Source: Chrysomallon squamiferum
Lineage: Eukaryota > Animalia > Mollusca
Assembly: GCA_012295275.1 (NCBI GenBank)
Contig: CM022667.1
Location: 3,720,001 to 3,784,000, forward strand
Direction: 5' to 3'
DNA length: 64,000 nucleotides
The position numbers were made by a program, and so were the translations under genes. The notes beneath the pieces are model-generated. The model saw nothing but the letters and a program-made list of their open reading frames with translations, had not been told where the DNA came from and did no database searches. Positions 18,723-32,867 of the stretch are shown here, piece after piece (position 1 is the first letter of the stretch; the number at the start of each line of letters is the position of its first letter).

Positions 18723-21701
18723 ATGCAAGTGACTTTGAGAGTGCTGGCATCAAATGCATCAGTTGTGCACAAAACAAATTTGTTCAAAATCTTTAAAACC
18801 ACTAAACTTCCATATAATGAGAACATCAGACAGTTGCATTTATGCTCAAAATGCCTGAGTCGTTTTTATTACAACAACACGAAACCAAATTTTGTAATTC
18901 CAGTCTTCCTCAAGGCCGAAGAGTACTCTGGAAGAACAGCCATTATTGATCAAAATGGCCGCTTTTCTTATGATGACATTCTTCATTACAGCTCTGGTCT
19001 TTCACAACAGTTTCTAAATCTTGTTCAGAGACCCAGTCTGCAGAATGGCAGAGTTGCTTTTCTTTGCGAGAATGACGTCTCCTACGTTGTCACACAGTGG
19101 GCTACATGGATAGCAGGAGGCGTGGCAGTGCCACTGAATAAGACCCACCCTGTCTCAGAACTGGAATATTTTATTTCAGATTCTCAAAGTTCTCTTGTTG
19201 TTGCCTCTGAAGAGTTTTCTGACTTGCTGACACCAGTTGCTTCGAAGCTGCAAGTGCCACTGAAGGTCATTATAGAATTTTTATATCTTTAATTAAGGTC
19301 TGACTGGGACGATACAAAAAAAACTAACTTAACTGCATTCTTTTAAGAAATAATTACAAGGAAGCAATCTTTATTGAAATATGAAATTAAAAAAACAGCC
19401 TTGTGAAAATTATGGGATAGCTTTTTCCATATTTTATTTTTTTAGATGTTAATTTTATTAAGAGAATACTTAAACTTGAATATGTCACAGAATACTGATT
19501 TCGTTTCATTGCAGATTTTATCTAAACATGATTTCTGTGGGTTCTATGAGACAGAAAACAATCTCTGGTTTAAAACTGATGGGATTGTTACCACAAAGAG
19601 GCGAAAACGAGTTAGACCAAAGGGAAAATTTGATGATCTACTCAATAGTAACAAATATAAAAACATGCCTGCCATGATTGTGTACACAAGTGGGACAACA
19701 GGAAGACCAAAGGTTTATATGAATATTTGTTATTTGTTTTTACTTTGTTTTGTGTTTGAAATATTACTGGTTTGAAAGTAAATATTTGCAAAAAAAAACA
19801 ACCACAAAAGTGTTTAATTTTAATAATGGTGTTAATGTAATATCATGTTTCTAGTTGTCTACCCTTACTTTGTGTTTTGTTCTTAATTAACTATATGAAA
19901 TAGAAAATTTATAATTTATATACAAAGAGAAATTCATAAAAGAAGTAAATAGAATGAAAACTGTTTTAATGATATATTTAATACATATTTAAGAACATAA
20001 TTATTAAACCTGTTAGCTTCATTATTTCAGCATTTCTCCTTCCTGCTTTCCTTTTACGAATTTCTCTATCCATCCATCCATTTCATCTGTTCATGTTATT
20101 GATCATCAGAATTGTCTTTTTATCCACCCACCCATCCATTCATACATCTTTCTTTCCTGCCACAGACAGTCTATATTTTATTTTCATTTACTAAAATGTC
20201 CTCCTTGTAATTTAAATCATTCTGTCCATTCATCTGTCAGTATTTAATACATTTTCTGATTACAGGGGGTGCTGCTGACACATGGAAACCTGTTTGCTCA
20301 GATAAACAGCATGGTCCAGGCGTGGCAATGGAGTCAGAATGATGTCATTTTACACGTGTTACCACTACATCATCTCCACGGAATTGTCAATGTTCTCCTG
20401 ACTCCATTGTTCTCTGGAGCAACTTGTGTCATGCTGCCCAAATTTGATGCTCAGAAGGTAATGAAATTATTAATGTTATATATATTTTTTTTTTTTTTTT
20501 TTAATTTGTTTAAATTTATTTTATGATTTGATGCTCAAAAAGTAACGAAGTTATTTATTTATTTATTTATTTATTGTTGGTTTGTTTAACATTACATTAT
20601 CAGAGATTTTGTTATGTTTATTTTCTGTTGGAAAAATTATTACATTTTTTCTTTTTATAGTTTTGTGCTTTTATTCTAAAATTCAGAAACTTAGATGTGT
20701 GAAAATGGAAGCAAAGCCAATGTAATACATATTCACAGGCATCATCTAGTCCTATAAAAAAACCAAAAAAAAAACCAATAAGTGTTTAATTTCAGATATT
20801 CTTTCAGTTAAATTAATTTTAGGTAAAATTTATATAATCTGAACACCCTGTCATATAAGAGTTAAAATAAATTTCTCATAGTTACATAATTATTTAATTA
20901 TATAGTAAAATAAGAAAATACATACAATTTATATAATCTTGCCATGCAGTTCAGTTGTATATGAAAAATCAGTGCAAATGGATTATACACTGCTTAAAGA
21001 TTCTCTTTATATTTTTGTAGGTTTGGTCGAAACTTCTTAATCCGCGAGCAGGTTTTGAAGGGGAGAGAATTAATCTGTTTATGGCTGTGCCAACAGTTTA
21101 CGTCAAATTGATAGAACATTTTGAAATGAAGATTCGACATGGTAGAGTTTCTCGAATGGCCAGTCAGTATGTGAAAGTCAATGTGTCTGACAAGACTTAG
21201 GTTTGTTTTTGTATATATATCTTTTACTTAATCACTCACTCACTGACTCTCTCTCTGTTACTTTCACTGTGATTATTTACACGATATAACTAGATAAACA
21301 GATACATATATATTATATTTTATTATTATTATAAATTATGAATATTTTTGTTGTTGTTATTTTTACGATTTTTATATTATTATTGCTAGTATATATTTTT
21401 TAGTGTATTTTAGAATTGTTTCTTTTATTGTTGTTGTTAAATTTATTATTACACTAAAGTGTGTTGTTATTGTTATATTTATTAGTTTTATTTATTATTA
21501 TTATTATTGATATAACTGTTATTATTATTATTATTATCACTATCATTGTTTAAATAATTTGCCTTCGAACGATACCCAGTAGCCAATTTTAATTTTTGTG
21601 CTGGAGTATCATTCAACACACATTATCTTGGTTAATATTTTTATTATTGATATTGTTATTATTGTTGCTATTTTTTGTAATTATTGTTATTATTATCATA
21701 A

Positions 21702-21748
<47 letters not shown>

Positions 21749-23960
21749 TTTTTACTATTATTATTATTATTATTGCTGTTATTGTAATGATTAATTATTA
21801 TTGTTGTTTTATTATTATTATTGTAATTATCATCATCATTATAATCATTATCATTATTATCATCCTCAGACTGATGGTGAGTGGATCATCTGCTCTTCCT
21901 CAGCCAGTGATGGAGAAGTGGGAACAGATAACTGGACACAGGTTGTTGGAGAGATATGGGATGTCAGAAACTGGGATGGTTTTGTCTAATCCTGTCACTG
22001 GACCAAGACTTCCAGGTTATATCACTGGTCAAACATGATGGATGGATGAAAGACTATATAATTAGTTTGAAATGATAGGATTGTTGTCATTGGTTTTTAT
22101 GTGGATGGATGGATGGATGGATTATTATTATTCATTAGAGGAAAAGATGAAAAGATGATCAATAAAAAGATGGAGGATGTTAGATGATTGTGGGATAGAT
22201 TAAATTAATAAACTAATAAATGGAGGGATAAAATGGAGGAATTTGTTGAATGGTTTATGGATAGATTAAATTAATGGAAGTTTTTTTTTTTTTTTTTTTA
22301 TTTAAATTTATGTTTAAAATTTATGTTTTAAAATGTTAAATGTGACATATTTTTGTTGTTTCTGTAGGTACGGTTGGTAACCCAATGCCTGGTGTTGATG
22401 TGAGTATTGGAAGACCAAATGTTTACAATCAGATAGGTTATGACATCATTGCACAGGGAAACAGCAAAAGAACTAGTTTGAAATCCGGTATTTAGAAATA
22501 TTTTCAAAATCTCTTATTCCTTTATTCTTTTATTAAATTTATTTATTTATTTTTCATTTTTTATTTATTTATATATTTATTTATTTATTTATTTATTAAA
22601 TTTGTTTTAAAGTAGACATAAATAAATTATTTATCTGCATCACTATTGTTATGAAATTCTTGATAAAAATAGGCCAATATAATTATTTATTCCTGTTGAT
22701 TAATATAAAAAGATATTTTTGAAATGTATAAAAAGTTATTTAATTAACCATATTTAATAGCCTTTATTAGTTCATATACAAATAATGTCATATTGTCAAT
22801 TAAAATCTATTCTTTTTTCCTTTCTTTTAATTAAAATATTTTAATAAAGAGCATTAAGTTGATGTATTTGTTTACTTATTTTTTTTAAGCTGTAAAAAAA
22901 ATACAAATGTAATGAGGTTTTTCAATAAAACCTATAAATATTATTAATTAAAAAAAACCAACATGCACACATCTGTCATAGAAGTCAATGTTTATACTTG
23001 TTTAAATAAATAAATTATTTCTGTACTGATGTTAAGATTGACTTTTCACTCCAAGGTGAAAAAGAATATTTTGGTGAACTGCTTGTTAAAGGACCAAATG
23101 TGTTTCATGAGTACTGGAACAAACCAGATGCAACTAAACAAGCCTTCACAAAAAATGGATGGTTCAAAACAGGTTTGTGAAATTACTTTTCTTTATTTCA
23201 TTATCTGAGATGTATGTTTTTCTTTTTCTTTTTTTTTTTTGTTTTGTCTTTATATTTTTTCATTTGCTACTTTATATTAAATTATTTTCATTCATTTTTC
23301 AAATTTGTTTTTATTAGAATAACAATTGAAATGGCCTTGTTTTAAACTAGATTTTAGATTTACTATAGATAAAACATAACAGAGATTCTTCTGCAGAAAT
23401 AAAACTTTTTTCACTTTTTGATAAATTTAATACAATCATTTCTCTTCTTTTTCTCATATTTTGCCCCTTCAATAATTTATTATTATTCTATTTTTTTGAT
23501 GATAATAATAATGATAATAATGATAATAAAATGAATGAATAATAATATATATAACTGTTTATATTTTTATGATTCAGGTGATACTGTGGCCTATGTGGAT
23601 GGTAGATACAAAATAATAGGTCGAACATCAGTTGATGTTATTAAAAGTGGAGGTCACAAGATCAGTGCGTTGGAAATAGAACGCCATCTACTGGGACATC
23701 CACACATCAAAGACTGTGCTGTTGTCGGACTGCCAGACTTAACCTGGGGACAGCGTGTGGCGGCCATTTTGGTCATGAAAGCAGGACATGAAATGACTCT
23801 AGGACAACTTAAAAAGTGGGCAGCTGACAAACTTGCAAGTTACGAAATCCCCACTGTTGTAAAATGCATTGACGATTTACCACGCAATGCCATGGGCAAA
23901 GTTAACAAAAAAGAACTTTTGGCAGAAATATTTCCTGAATTTACAAAACAACGATTATGA
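18723..23960 (+). CDS. ACSF3: Malonate-CoA ligase ACSF3-like, probably mitochondrial, 8 coding exons, 625 aa if one extra base at about 21175 is removed
   Basis: Exons 18723-19265, 19515-19712, 20266-20457, 21021-21200, 21870-22015, 22368-22487, 23056-23172, 23578-23960. Motifs [75 protein letters not shown]. The basic, acid-poor N-terminus resembles a mitochondrial presequence. Exon 4 is 180 nt where its phases require 179. Confidence 0.92.
21490..21860. repeat. Degenerate (TTA)/(TCA)n tract running up to the ACSF3 exon 5 acceptor
   Basis: Direct reading; source of the poly-Ile/Tyr ORFs 21596-22038. Confidence 0.9.
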
Positions 23961-25296
23961 TATTGTGAATGTGCTGGATCATAAAGGATTTTTCTATCAG
24001 TGAAAATAATTTTCGTGTTAAGTACGAATGGATATAAATAAATCTTCTGAACATTTACAATTTTAAAATCATTAACTAAAATTAATATCAGAAATATCAA
24101 TGAATACAGTTAGGCAAATTTGTGTGACAATCAGAATTAGTATATTCATATTATTAGAAAAATGTGCGTGTTGAATATAATTTTTTGTCATAATCAAATA
24201 AACAATTAATAAACAGAGATATCCTAACCACAACTAATAAACATTTTAATAATTTACTTTGTTTTTGTCTGTTGGTGTTTTTTTTGGATAATTTTCATTT
24301 CAAAGTGGTGCTGCTATTCAATTACATTTCAACATAAATATTTTACTTATTTCAAACTTAGAACGATTTTAATAATTATCTCCCTTATTTTAAGAATAAA
24401 ATGAATGTATACAATATATAATTTTTTTTTTTAAATAAGTATTTATTTATTTATTTTATTATTATTATTATTATTATTATATAATTTTTCACTGCTTACA
24501 TTTAGCTTTACTGACTAACATAGCATCACAGTTCTGACTTCCATTGTATTTTTTGATAATGATAATTACACTAGCACATTTTTATCAACCCAGTTGTGTA
24601 AGCAACAATTTCTGTTTTCTTCTTAATAGATCATTTGTCACCTTAAGTGGATTTTAACACACAAAAAAATAGAGGGTTTACAGGGTTATTGTTCCAGTTA
24701 CAATTATCAAGTATGATGTATTAAAGAATTTCACTATTTTAAAAATCTTTTTTCCCCCATTTCTTTCATACCAGTCCTGAACTTAACAATATTCTTTTTT
24801 AGAATACTGAATGTGAAATTATGCAAAGAATTATTCCAAGTTTGTTGAATATTTCAGATTTGGAATTAACTAAGAATCTAGCTATATATTTATATATAGT
24901 CATTAATACTGAAAAATAAACAGTGGATTTGTTATTTTTGTTATGTTATTTTTCGTTAACCCCCTCCAAAATAAAAAAAATTAAATAAAAGTAAACCTGA
25001 TCATAGATTTTTTAGGAAGGACTTCGTATCATTTTTATGACAAAGCAGTATTATTAGATGCAAAGAAATATATATTTTCTGCAGCACTGTTTAATTTGGG
25101 CTGATGGTTTTGTCTGCCTATATCTACTTAATGATACTGATAAAAGAAAGAGCGAATAACGGCTCTAAAGGACAATCACTTAACACAGATATGTCCGGCT
25201 CGTAATTGTTCGGGAAAATCCCCTGTACTCCCAAAACCTAGGAACATTTCGCTTGTTGTAAGATAAAATTATTTGAATTTTAAAAGGGAAAAGGCT

Positions 25297-25298
<2 letters not shown>

Positions 25299-25360
<62 letters not shown>

Positions 25361-25380
25361 TTAATTAATTAATTAATTAA
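25299..25380. repeat. (TAA)n followed by (TTAA)n
   Basis: Direct reading. Confidence 0.9.
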
Positions 25381-28300
25381 TATAGCTGTATTTTTATTGG
25401 CAACTGTGCTAGCAATATGACATCATCAATGGCAGCCAGTTTTGACTTGGGAAGAAGGAAAATTTGAATTATTAACAAAAACAAATTCAAATCCACTTAA
25501 TTATTCACAGGACGTTAACTGTGAGCATCTTTAAACTAACTCTTTTATTAAAATAGCAAATAATGTAGGAAAATAATAGAGAAATGTTATTACAATAGTT
25601 CTTAATTTCTGAAGTAGTGGTAACCAAAAGTATCTAAGGTAAAAAGTATGTTCAACATACTATGAAATTACGGATGTACCGACGTATGTTGAAATAAGGA
25701 ATAATGTGACCACAATGTTGAAGACGCATATTTAGTATACTTCTAAATCTTACAAATATCCTCACGTAATATAAAAATAAATAATTGATAAATATAATTG
25801 GAAGTGTAAATGTATTACTTACAGTGCTATATTGTGCTATATGATTGTGGTATATTGTAGTTGTGTTTGAGAACAGTATTTACTATCGGGTATCAGTGAT
25901 TCATATTTGCATGCATGCATGCATATACATACATATATAGAAAAATGAATAATAAAGAAATAAAATTAAAAATAAATGTTGTAATTCGGTTTCCACTGAT
26001 CATTCACAAAGCACTGGTTCTGAAGACGCCATATTTTCATAACCAGAGAAACATATTTTCTGTTGACCTGGTTTATTCGTTCTTTTGATTTCATAAAAAA
26101 TCTGTGTTGTCTGCATAAACCAAATAATGATAGTGGTTGTAAAATAAAACAAAATTATGGACAGAATACAAACATTACCATTGGTTTGAAAGATGACCTG
26201 GGTAAAACCAGAATAATAATATAATAAAAACTGAATCAATACATTTATCACATTTATTTTCTTCGTAATCTAGGTGGACATGGTGTGGATATGATGATAT
26301 ATCATGTGGCAAAGAGAAAATGGCAAAAGTGATTTAGAACTATTGTGGCATTTCTTTAGTAACAGCCCTAAAAGTTGGGCAAATTAAATTCAAACTAAAG
26401 GTAAAGCTGACAGATTGTACAAAAATCAAATGTCTGGTCTGCCTACTTAGAACCAGTTAGTCACATTTAAATAGGGATGTAGGTATTTCCATAAATGCCT
26501 TATTTTGTTATGGGTTATAACCATAACGCAATACGAAATATCTGAAATGACTGATAGGCATGTGAAACAAAGAAACACAAACAATGCAAGCTAGATTTCC
26601 ACATAACAAAGCTATAATCAATTACCATTTTGATTTAAAAATATTTGTTAATTATATTCAGTTTTATGTAACATCAATATTTTCAAACTGATTTTTTAAG
26701 GCAGAAATATTCAGTAAAATATTTTCATCTAAAAAAACAACAACAAAAAGAAAGTTTTTTTTTTTTTTTTTTTTTCATTTTATTTATTGAATTAAAATTA
26801 CATGTATAATGACATACAGCAATTACAGGTTTTTTTTTGTGTGTGGTTACATTATTGCACCAGTTTATTTTTTCATGGTCAGTTATTACTTCTTTTTATT
26901 TGCTCTACGTTCAATGCTGATTGATATTAGTGTTTTGAAATAAGAAAAATGAAAATAACAGCATTTATATTAAGAGTCCATTTAGTTATAATTAACATAC
27001 ATGGATAGTGCCTGCTCTGACAAAAGTAAATGTGAAGTATGCTGGTGAAATTTAAACTATTGGTAGAAACTATCAAACTTAAGGAAGTTGATTATATTTT
27101 AATAAAAATGACTGCTGAATGTACAGTCAAATCCTCTCACTGTTTTGACAGTTTAAAAAGTGAAAAGATTATTTAAAGAACTAAACAATAGCTTCAAGCA
27201 TATTAGTAACCAAATTAGAGTGTAAATAGATGGACTTAATTACCTTGTGTTAATGAAAATCACATATTCCTTTATGAGAATATATAAGATGTTAATTTGT
27301 TATGATTTTTACATCTTAAACATTTACTAAATTAATCTTTATAAAATTTACTTTTGACAGTATTTACATTTTAGATATTATTACATTTACCAAGAATGGA
27401 AAATCTTCAAAAGTGGAGACGAAAATCAAAAATGTTTTCTTTTGTCAGAGCTTTTAATGACATTGTTAAATACTGGTATTCACGTTTTTACATCTTTCAA
27501 ACATACCTGTTTTAGCTTTTTAACCTTTTCGTGCAAGGCACATCACAAAAATAAAAAGATCCCAGTAAAACAAAAATTATAAAAATAAAATATCACATTT
27601 AGGAGTATTATTATTATTTTTCTTAAACAACTGTCTATTTTTGGAGGTGGTTTTTAAAATTATTTTTAATTATTATTATTATTTTAATTGTTGGTTTTTG
27701 TTTTAAAATAAGTTAAAATAAACCATCAGTTTTAAATATGTGGTTAAGACCAATGTTTTGTTATTTCTGATATAATTGTAGATTTTCTTTCAAATTCAAA
27801 ATTTAACACTGGTTATTTTATCACAATGAAATGCTGGTTATGTATACAATTAGATGTTAAATTTCAAATGGACTCCACTCGAAAAGCTGATTTAATTTTG
27901 AAGTAACATAAAATATTTAGAAATTAATATATACAATACTTTAGGTTTTCATATCCTGTTGAAATTTATACTTCAAATGAAAAACTAAAAAAAATATTCA
28001 ATGATGTGGTTGTACATCACAGGCAGTAAAATTTTAACAGTAACTTAAAAAACAACAAAAAAAAAAAAAAAAAAAAAAACACTCTGCTTGGATCAGAAAT
28101 GCAAATTAAAACAAACAAATATTGTTTATAATATACATTGAGATTTTTTTCTTTTTTTCATAATCTCCTTTCCGGAGGAAAACATTTTCTACAATTTTTT
28201 TCGGTTTTTTTTTTTTTTTTTTGTTTTGTTAATGAACTATATATATATATACAAACATGAAGGGGCTTTATCACGATATTTCTTTTTTTACATATATTTT

Positions 28301-31300
28301 TTTTTATATATATATATATATATACACAATGAATATGTAAGACAATGCATAGCGATCACACATACATGAAAACAAGGCATTCAATAACAAACATGACAAT
28401 TCTATTAACAAAATCTATTGGTGTGCATAAAATCAAAACTCGTTTACTTTTTAAATCAAAATAAATCCCATCACCCAATTATCTTTTTTTTTTTAATGAT
28501 ATTATTAGTTGTCAAAATATTGTTAGCCAAACACATATATATATATATATTCATTTTCTAAAATTATAAATTCATTTAATATTATGCTGATAATGAAATT
28601 ATCATCGATCGTAAATATGCACATAATTATCTAACAAGATAAAATGCCACCACGGGTAATTTTATTATTATTATTATTATTTTGTTTTAAATTAAATATT
28701 TTTCTTTCTGTTTCTTTTAATACATTATGCATGAAAAATAAATGGGTTATGACGGATAATTTAAGGCATTGAGTACAGACAAGCCTCTCTCCTCCAACCA
28801 CTTGTCACAGATCCTGGAATTTTATTGGTTTTGTTGAGCTTTCAGTGCAGTCTAAGTTTTGATTTGCATTCATACATGATTTAAAAAAATAGTTCATAAT
28901 TATATACATTTCTCATTCATTACAGTAACTATGAAGTCACACATATTACAATTCATATACATTTTCGGAGAGGGAAAAAAAAAAAAAATCTGTCAAGTAT
29001 GAATGATTTAATATGGTCATTTCTGAAATTAAGTCTGGAATCAAAATAACGTTTATTAATATATATACTTGGAATTTATCCATGTCATTTACTAGTTCAA
29101 CAATGTGTTGCATATGTTAGCTGAATTAATTGAAGCAAAAATGTAAAATAAATGCAGTTGAGTTAGTTTATCTGTGTGTGAAAATGTTTATCTTTTTAAA
29201 AAAAAAAATTATTCCAAAATGTCCTAGAAAGGTAAAAGTATTCTGAGAATAAATTGGCATAATCAAATTATTTCAAAAACTGATCCTGTTTCAAAAGACA
29301 GCATTCTAGTAAAGCAACTGAGAAACTGATTTGTCTTGATTTCATACGGATTTGAATATCAGAATACTGAACATTGACATGTTCTCTTGATAAATGAAAT
29401 TAGTTAACCAGTTTTTAACTGAATAATAGAAATATATATACATATATGATTTCCTCAATAAATAAAAATACTTTCCATTTAAAAGCATAGATGTACTTAT
29501 TTTTGACTTAACATCAGAAATATTCCATAACATGTACAATCTGTAGTTGGAATAAATAAATGAATACATGAATACAATGTACAGACAGACATTTTCAACT
29601 GGATATGTGGGACCTTCATAATAAAAAAATAATAATACATACACATACTCTTTTTTGCTAAAGCTCAGCCAGATTTTTTTATATTTTATTTTGTACCAGC
29701 ATATAGTAGGTTTATTTTAAAAAGTTACATTAGGAGATAAACTGAGATACATTACGGCAAGTAAAACAATAAATGTTTGTTTTTATATTCAGACTGATAA
29801 ATCCATTTATAAATTATGTTAGATAAAGGGAAACAAATCAGTATGAAGACATTAAATGCTACAAGTAACTTCAAAATATTACATTAAAATATTTTATACA
29901 GACTGCCTTTAATTTTCTTTATTTTTTAATTATTTTGTTTTTAATGGATATGTTCAAGATTTCTAAAAAAAAAAAAAAAAAAAAAGAGGAAAAAGCCTTT
30001 TACAAGCAAATGCAAACTTCTTACTAGACAGCATTTAAAAAAAGAAAACATGCACAGATAGATAAAAATAACATAAAAAAATAATTAAATCTGCTTTTTT
30101 TCATGGCAGTTATCAGTTTTAAGTACATCAATGACTGTTTTAAAAAGTTTTGGTGTAAACACGAGATATTCTATTGCACATTTGGTTAAATTTTGGAATA
30201 ACACTGGGTTTTTTAGCATGTTAATAAAAATTAAAAAATGGTTACTAATTTGTTTAAATCAAGTAAACAAAATATTCATTTGCATGTGTATTTCAAACAA
30301 ACCAATATTATATTTGTTAATTTATTTCTTCTTTTTTTTGGTCTAATTTATTCTAAAGAAGACTAGAATCAAAGAGCAGACTAAGTAAATGAAAAATAAA
30401 ATGAACTTAACAGTTTCAATACATTTTGCTAGACACTAACATTACAACTTCAAAACAATCACATTTTGATAAAAAAAAGGTTTTTAATAAATAAATAAAA
30501 ATTCTGATTTCTTGAATTTATTTTTTATGAATTCATTTAGGTTAAACTCTTAGAGAATAGAAGTAGTAAAACAATTAATTTCTGGTGTAATGTCAACTAT
30601 TTTAAAACAAAGATTCTTATAAATTTTTATTTAATATAAAGACTTTTTTCTTTTAAAATTCAGTTTATAGAAGAAAGGGGGAAAAGAAGATTTTATTTTT
30701 GTTTTAAAAATGTATTTTTGATTTGCTTCAGGGATATTCTGTTTCTCAACTGTATGTATGCATCAGCGCATGTCTTGTATAAATGTATGTGTTTCTGTGA
30801 GTGTGTCTGTGCATACCAAAGGCTATATTTTTTACACACATTTTTTTCCACTATGGACACTGGTGAGTCTCTGGTACATAAATCTAACTTGGGACACCGG
30901 TTGGAACAGGAGTATTCAAAATGGAATCCAATTTTCTTTTTCTTTCTTTGTGACCCCTTTTGACTAGGTTTAAGACAACTGTAAGTTGAAAAGATTTGGC
31001 ACTTAGCTAAATATATATATATATATTTTTTTTTTTAAATACTCATTTTTAAATGTTTTGGAAAATCACACACTTAACTTATTTTGGTATTGCGTAACTT
31101 CTCAAACCGAACCAATGACTTATTTCACTTCTGAAACAATATCACTATCACTTTACAGCTAGAGTTTATTTTATTTATCAATGGCTTAATAAAACAGACT
31201 GAAAATCAACCCATGAGATTCAGACAGTGTGAAATACAACACAGTTTGAATATATTGCTGCACATCAGTGTATGAACTGTAAGGCTTATTTGTTGGAAAT

Positions 31301-31366
31301 GTGAAGTATGGAAATAAGCAGTACAATAAATTACTAATGAAAAATGAACTGACCGAAGCTTTGGAA

Positions 31367-31621
31367 TAGTGGTACCCAGTAGTGTGTGGTGTATGCTGAG
31401 CAATGTTGATAGTAAGAAAAATAAATAAATTCATTTGTGGTGGGCTTGATTTATAATTTATTTATTTATTTATTTTTGTTTTGTTTTATACATAAGTTCC
31501 TTTTTTCTTTTTTTATGCATTTATATTTTTCTATTATACTTTATTCAGAATTTGGTTGGCTTTTATGAAAAAAGTGAGGGGATGATTTTGGACGTGCCCC
31601 AAAAATGATAAAGAACCACTG
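31367..31621. mobile_element. Non-autonomous hAT (Charlie-type) MITE, 255 bp
   Basis: Termini TAGTGGTACCC (31367) and AAGAACCACTG (ending 31621; reverse complement CAGTGGTTCTT). Flanked by an 8-bp TSD ctttggaa (31359-31366) / ctttagaa (31622-31629), 7/8 identical, resembling the Charlie NTCTARAN target preference. Confidence 0.7.
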
Positions 31622-31769
31622 CTTTAGAATATTTAACAATATTAAAATTAAAAAAAAAATAAAAGAATTGAGTAACTATTTTTGAAATTAATATATGTGG
31701 ATTTTTTGGTGGTTATTCTTTTTAATATCATATATTTGAATTAGTTTAATCTGAGTCAGACAAGATGAA

Positions 31770-31786
31770 TAATAATAATAGTAATA

Positions 31787-31841
<55 letters not shown>

Positions 31842-31856
31842 AAAATAATAATAATA

Positions 31857-31891
<35 letters not shown>

Positions 31892-31910
31892 TAATAATAA
31901 TAATAATAAT
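31770..31910. repeat. (AAT)n microsatellite
   Basis: Direct reading. Confidence 0.9.
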
Positions 31911-32867
31911 AAAATAAAAAAATAAATAAATGAATGAACCAAAAATAATAATAAAGTAATACATTTTAAAAATGCAGCACTATCATTAACACCTGCTAGA
32001 ATCCATGTGTTCAACTTGTTTAAGAAGAAAAATTGTAATGGATTTTCTTACATGCTCAACCATAGTGAAATACATACACAAAAATCTAAAAACTAAAAAT
32101 GAAACAAGATATAATGCTGCCTGCAGATAAACTGTGTTTTAAACTATGGGATAGTTAACAATATTCTGATTAATAATAGGGCCACAAACAAAAATTGCTT
32201 ATTCCAATAGACATCTCAGATGAGGCAATGAATACATTCTCTGTATGTGCTACTTCAGTAAAAACGTGAATCAGACAAAATTAAATTTCAATACTGATTT
32301 AGCCATCTCAGTTAAAATCAACTGGTTTAAAAACAAAAGGTTACTGAAAAACTATGGACATTTAAAAGCAAGAATTATTTACAAAAATACAAAACTTCTA
32401 GGATAAAATGGACTTCATAAAAAGTTTATATATATGTATATATGTATATATATATATATATTAAACTTTAGTAAATAGTCGATAATAGATAATTATTTTC
32501 CCGATTCTAAACACACATTTTTTTTTAAAATGACTTTCAGTGTATCCCTGGTTGTCAAAACATTTTGATCCTGTATGGTTATAAATATATTACTAAATTA
32601 TTAATGGTTTTGATTTTTTTTGAACTGTTAATCCTTTATAATATTGTATTTTTATTTTTAGTATTTATCTTACATATTCCTAGAAGTGTGTCGGTCACAC
32701 ACCTGCTATCTGGTTTACATAAAATGCAAATAAAAATTTATTTTAATTCACTATTGGTGCAACAGGTTTATAATACATCATAAGTTTAAATTATTTTTTT
32801 TTGAATATGAAGAAACAGATAAAATGAATCCTGCCATGGGCAGTATTTAACAATTTTTACCAAGCTT

